DNA of 9,597 nucleotides, taken from assembly GCA_965644295.1 (NCBI GenBank), contig CBFFRP010000170.1, positions 1 to 9,597 of the forward strand. Direction: 5' to 3'. The notes below the pieces were generated by a model, which was not told where the DNA came from, did not search any database, and worked only from the letters and a program-made list of their open reading frames with translations. The DNA comes from Paraphysomonas bandaiensis (Eukaryota > Protista > Chrysophyceae). This document shows, piece by piece, positions 5,734 through 9,597 of the stretch (its first letter is position 1; each line of letters begins with the position of its first letter). The position numbers were made by a program, and so were the translations under genes.

Positions 5734-7752
5734 ATGATTTCAGATGATGAGATGAGCGAGATATCTTACGACTACAGTGAATACTCCACCGCAGGAGATG
5801 TATCAGATGTGTGTGAGTATGATGAGGAACAAGGAATACGCCTCATGGATAGCAGCATTAATGCCATTGTTTCCCATGCTAAGGAGATTATTGATTACAC
5901 ACCGGAGCTCAGTAATCGATATGTGTCAGAGGCTGCGTGCATAGGGCTACTATGCCAATATCGATGGGATGTCACAGCGCTCATAACAGATATGCAGGAA
6001 GATAGAGTGTTTATGCGAATGGTGTCTCCCATTCCAATGAAGCTTGTGAGCAACACTTGTGACTCAAATGCCTATCTGACATGCGATGTCTGTACTAATG
6101 ACGTACCATACGAGTTTACCAGCAGTGGTGGATGTGGCCATTCTTATTGTAATAGTTGTTGGAGGAAATATATTACTACCTGTATTGAAGATGACAAGGT
6201 GTTTGCAGTAAAATGTATGCATACTGACTGTGAGTTCTTCTTAGAGGGTAACAGTGTAATCGGTATCGCTCAAGGCTATGCCGAGTTGTTTACGAAGAAA
6301 CGGTTTAATAACTTTGTATCCAGTCACTCAGACATTGTCTATTGTCCTAATGAATCTTGCTCTGTCCTCATGAAGGTGACTCCAGATGTTGTCAGTGTCA
6401 CGTGCTGTAAATGTCACCATGAGTTTTGTCAAATGTGTCACGAGGCGGCACACTGGCCTGCTCCCTGTCGTTGGTCTGGTCAGTTCAATGAGACATGCGA
6501 CAATATAAATATAGCAGCTCTGCGTCAACTTTTGGAGAACAATAAAATGTATGGTAATTTAATTGGACACTTTCGGATAAAACAATTGCTCAATCAGCTC
6601 CGTGGCACACTTATGCGATTGTATATGCAGGAGGCGGGTGCAAGAATTGTCCTTGCTGTGATGGTACTTTGCAAATTCTCATGTCTTGGCATGGAAAATG
6701 TCTGTAACTACATCAGATCATTGCTTCGTCAAACAGCAACCAACGTATCACAAGAAATATTAGAAATTTTAGATCTTACTCGGAATAGGTGGTGCGCTTC
6801 TCCCGCGGTAATCAGTTGCCTTGAGGAGACATTACGCCGATATACGGAAATTCCAGATATTTTGGGTTGTCCATGGAACACAAGAACTCGAACTCGAATT
6901 AGGGATGTAGATCGAATACATGCTAATTATGAGGTACTGGGGATCGTGAAAAAATGTCCTGGCTGCTCTGTTATGATAGAAAAGGTAGGAGGATGTAACT
7001 ACATGACTTGTTCCTCTTGCAGAGCGCAATTTTGCTGGCGATGTTTGCAGTCTTGGAATAACCATAGTTATAAAACCTGTTATACAACATATGATTTTTT
7101 GGATGGTAGCTGTGGAGGTGAAAACAGTGAAGGTGTTGTTTCGGGATCATCATGCAATGAAGGTGATAGTAGCATGCCCGGTAATTTGGATTCCTGCGAC
7201 ACTAGTACAGAGAACGTCGTGACACTACGTTGCACTAGTGGTCACGATTGTAATGTTCTACGATGTGAATATGAGGTACTCAGAAGAGTACTTGTACTGT
7301 GCCCAGCTATTCTTGAGTTGAAAGAGTTTCAAGATGCTAAGAATAAGCAAGAAATTCTGACTGAAACCGAACCTCTGTTTTCACAATTACGGGCCATTGA
7401 GGACAAAGAGAAATATTTGGCACATACTTCAGGCAATATTCGTCAGAACCCTATGGTACATGAAGTCGCAGTGAAAGCGATTAACATTATTTTTAAAGGC
7501 TATCGACTCTCACGATACTCCTGTATACACCTTTTGAATATGGGTGACTTGAAGCGAGCTCAATGTACAGATTTATACATGCAATTTGTTCATAGGATTA
7601 TGGAGTCATGCGAATCTACTCTCAATATATTGGAATCACTGGAATTTGGACTGAAGGCGGAGGAAGGACGTTTAATTGATGTGTTTAATGCCGCTGAAAT
7701 TGTACAGACGCAATTCGTAGACACTATTCTACGTACTGGCATTCTGTTTTGA
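5734..7752 (+). CDS. RBR (RING1-IBR-RING2) E3 ubiquitin ligase, divergent Ariadne/ARI-like, 672 aa, no intron needed
   Basis: Acidic N-terminus; UBA-like segment (LLCQYRWDVTALI); C3HC4 RING1 at 6082-6231; C6HC IBR at 6343-6468 (CPNESC...CCKCHHEFCQMCHEAAHWPAPC); RING2/Rcat at 6955-7080 (KKCPGCSVMIEKVGGCNYMTCSSCRAQFCWRC...H...C) with catalytic Cys421 at 6994-6996. The helical C-terminus loosely resembles the Ariadne domain. Confidence 0.9.
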   Translation: MISDDEMSEISYDYSEYSTAGDVSDVCEYDEEQGIRLMDSSINAIVSHAKEIIDYTPELSNRYVSEAACIGLLCQYRWDVTALITDMQEDRVFMRMVSPIPMKLVSNTCDSNAYLTCDVCTNDVPYEFTSSGGCGHSYCNSCWRKYITTCIEDDKVFAVKCMHTDCEFFLEGNSVIGIAQGYAELFTKKRFNNFVSSHSDIVYCPNESCSVLMKVTPDVVSVTCCKCHHEFCQMCHEAAHWPAPCRWSGQFNETCDNINIAALRQLLENNKMYGNLIGHFRIKQLLNQLRGTLMRLYMQEAGARIVLAVMVLCKFSCLGMENVCNYIRSLLRQTATNVSQEILEILDLTRNRWCASPAVISCLEETLRRYTEIPDILGCPWNTRTRTRIRDVDRIHANYEVLGIVKKCPGCSVMIEKVGGCNYMTCSSCRAQFCWRCLQSWNNHSYKTCYTTYDFLDGSCGGENSEGVVSGSSCNEGDSSMPGNLDSCDTSTENVVTLRCTSGHDCNVLRCEYEVLRRVLVLCPAILELKEFQDAKNKQEILTETEPLFSQLRAIEDKEKYLAHTSGNIRQNPMVHEVAVKAINIIFKGYRLSRYSCIHLLNMGDLKRAQCTDLYMQFVHRIMESCESTLNILESLEFGLKAEEGRLIDVFNAAEIVQTQFVDTILRTGILF

Positions 7753-9597
7753 TTCATTAGTTAACGCTGAAATCAGTTTTAAAGTTTATAATCTAGGTAT
7801 CGCTCTGTGCGGTATCATTGCAGGAGATATTATACAAATGCAATGTTTTTCTTAATTACTAATCTTGTATCAGTTTGTGATACTATTTCTTGGTTAAATA
7901 TCAAACGACTATAATATTTTTGTTCCCGAATGAGCAATCAAACGCTAAGTTAAATACGATCCTAAAACTAATTTTGTGCTATCAACTATAGTATATTATT
8001 GATCAGTATGAAGCCAGTCAATATTAAGTTTTAATCAATGATGAGAAATGGTCATTATAGATTCTATATAATAAGAGAGTGTTCTATTTAATTCAGAGGT
8101 CAGTACTTCTAAGGGTGAACCTTTCAAAAGTTGAAATTGCGCACATACATGAATTAGAGTAGGAATTAGTTTGATAATTCATACATTCATATTGCGAAGT
8201 ATCCAGTATCCAGTATGAATGCGTATTATCGTATTATATGTCCCTCGTGTCAATACCAATATTTGCTATAGTTTTCGCAATATTCTACTATAACTTCAAT
8301 GTAGATTTTGTACTCATATGCAATGTATGACTACGTGAATTGATTAATTCTTCATAGCGCGCAATACATAGATCTGAGTTTAAATTGTACATATCTCCAT
8401 TCCTAAAAAACAAATATAGTCGTATGCAATCCAGCACTGCATAAGCTGTTTGTTAATATATTATACAGCTGTTAATAATAATATTTGGACTCAATCTCGA
8501 GGCTACCATTGTATAACAATGTCTAGCTCTGATCGCATAAAAGTAAACATAGTCTCACCTCCATACCAATTTTGTCACTTAAACAGCAACAGAAAATAAG
8601 AGTTCCGCCACTTTTCCGAATACTGTCTTGTAGAAAAAACTCTCAGAGGCCCTCCGACAGTCGATTCGATCTACTCGTACCATCAACTGTGCGTGTATGA
8701 CTCCACTGTCACAACACTCGCTCGTCATGCCATATGCATGCCTCCAACATCTGATATACACTCCCTTGAAGTAAATCCAGGTAGGCTAGATACATAGAAT
8801 ATCCTTGCTCAGAAGATACACCCAACAGATACACTTAAGATATATGTACCAACTGGTACACTTAAGTACTGGAGAACTATGTGCAGCTCGATAGGTGTCG
8901 ATAGAACAATACGACCCTATCATATCGGATCCCAATCGTATCATTGGATATCGCTATTTTTGAAGTCTCGTCCTCATGCTAATCTACGATGTCGTACACA
9001 CAGAGTAGAATAGGTGAAAAAATAGACTTTATTAAAAAAATATCATAAAAGCCTCTATTTCTATGTCCAGGATGCTGACAATATCCACCACTCGCTCTGT
9101 TTTCAGCTCAGGTGCCGCTGTTTTTGGACATACCGTGTTCTAGTTTTCATATAGATATACACTGTATATATGTATATTCATACTGTATTTGTCCACTCCT
9201 GTCATAGTAAATACACCAATACATTAGAGTGGATGCTTCCAGTGGTTAGTCACATCAACACTGATATCTGGATGAAGTATCAGATGATGGGGAGTGAGTG
9301 GGATGTGTTCCTGGTCTTCTGAACTGATGAAGATGTGCTGAGAGTGACTGTCACTTCCTGTAAGCTCATTATTCGTATTTTAAGGGGAATAATCATTCAA
9401 CTGATATGTAGACAATAGCGAGTCCTCCGTGAACAGACGCTACCTCATTATTGGTCCCATTCATAGTGTATTTATGGATATAATCTCCTTGCTGTGGTTG
9501 AAGAATGTGAGGGATTTCATACAGTCGATATTGAAGATTCCAGCAGAGGTTATCACATCTATGAGATATATGAATTCACTGTGAGTGCTATATCAAT

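Noticed and set aside
6328-7153. Minus-strand ORFs 6328-6528, 6832-7065, 6971-7153
   Set aside because: Antisense to the RBR gene with no independent coding signal.
8579-8761. 60-aa minus-strand ORF
   Set aside because: Minimal length, GTG start, no motif.
8808-8820. 13-bp reverse-complement match to array A (TGTATCTTCTGAG)
   Set aside because: About one such match is expected by chance in 10 kb, and it does not extend.

Overview
Eukaryotic (protist-like) genomic DNA with short GT-AG spliceosomal introns. Left part (1-2500): two abutting tandem arrays. Array A (~547-bp unit, ~2.55 copies, 284-1681) is rich in + strand hairpins. Array B (225-bp unit, ~2.75 copies, 1684-2301) has a unit that reads as a 102-nt exon plus a 123-nt intron; splicing B gives an open 141-aa Arg-rich ORF (1683-2498). 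Centre: a three-exon long-chain acyl-CoA synthetase of the bubblegum/ACSBG type on the - strand (join 4982-4179, 4084-3749, 3642-2779; 667 aa), head-to-head with an intronless 672-aa Ariadne-like RBR E3 ubiquitin ligase (5734-7752). The ligase has a 162-aa IBR-RING2 linker and a His-to-Tyr change two residues after the catalytic Cys. Right part (7753-9597): AT-rich and mostly non-coding, with a few hairpins and a possible degenerate spliced ORF. No rRNA, tRNA, CRISPR array or transposase was recognised. The most unusual items are the exon-intron tandem array, the structured array A and the atypical RBR ligase; none is shown to be a new system without expression or homology data.
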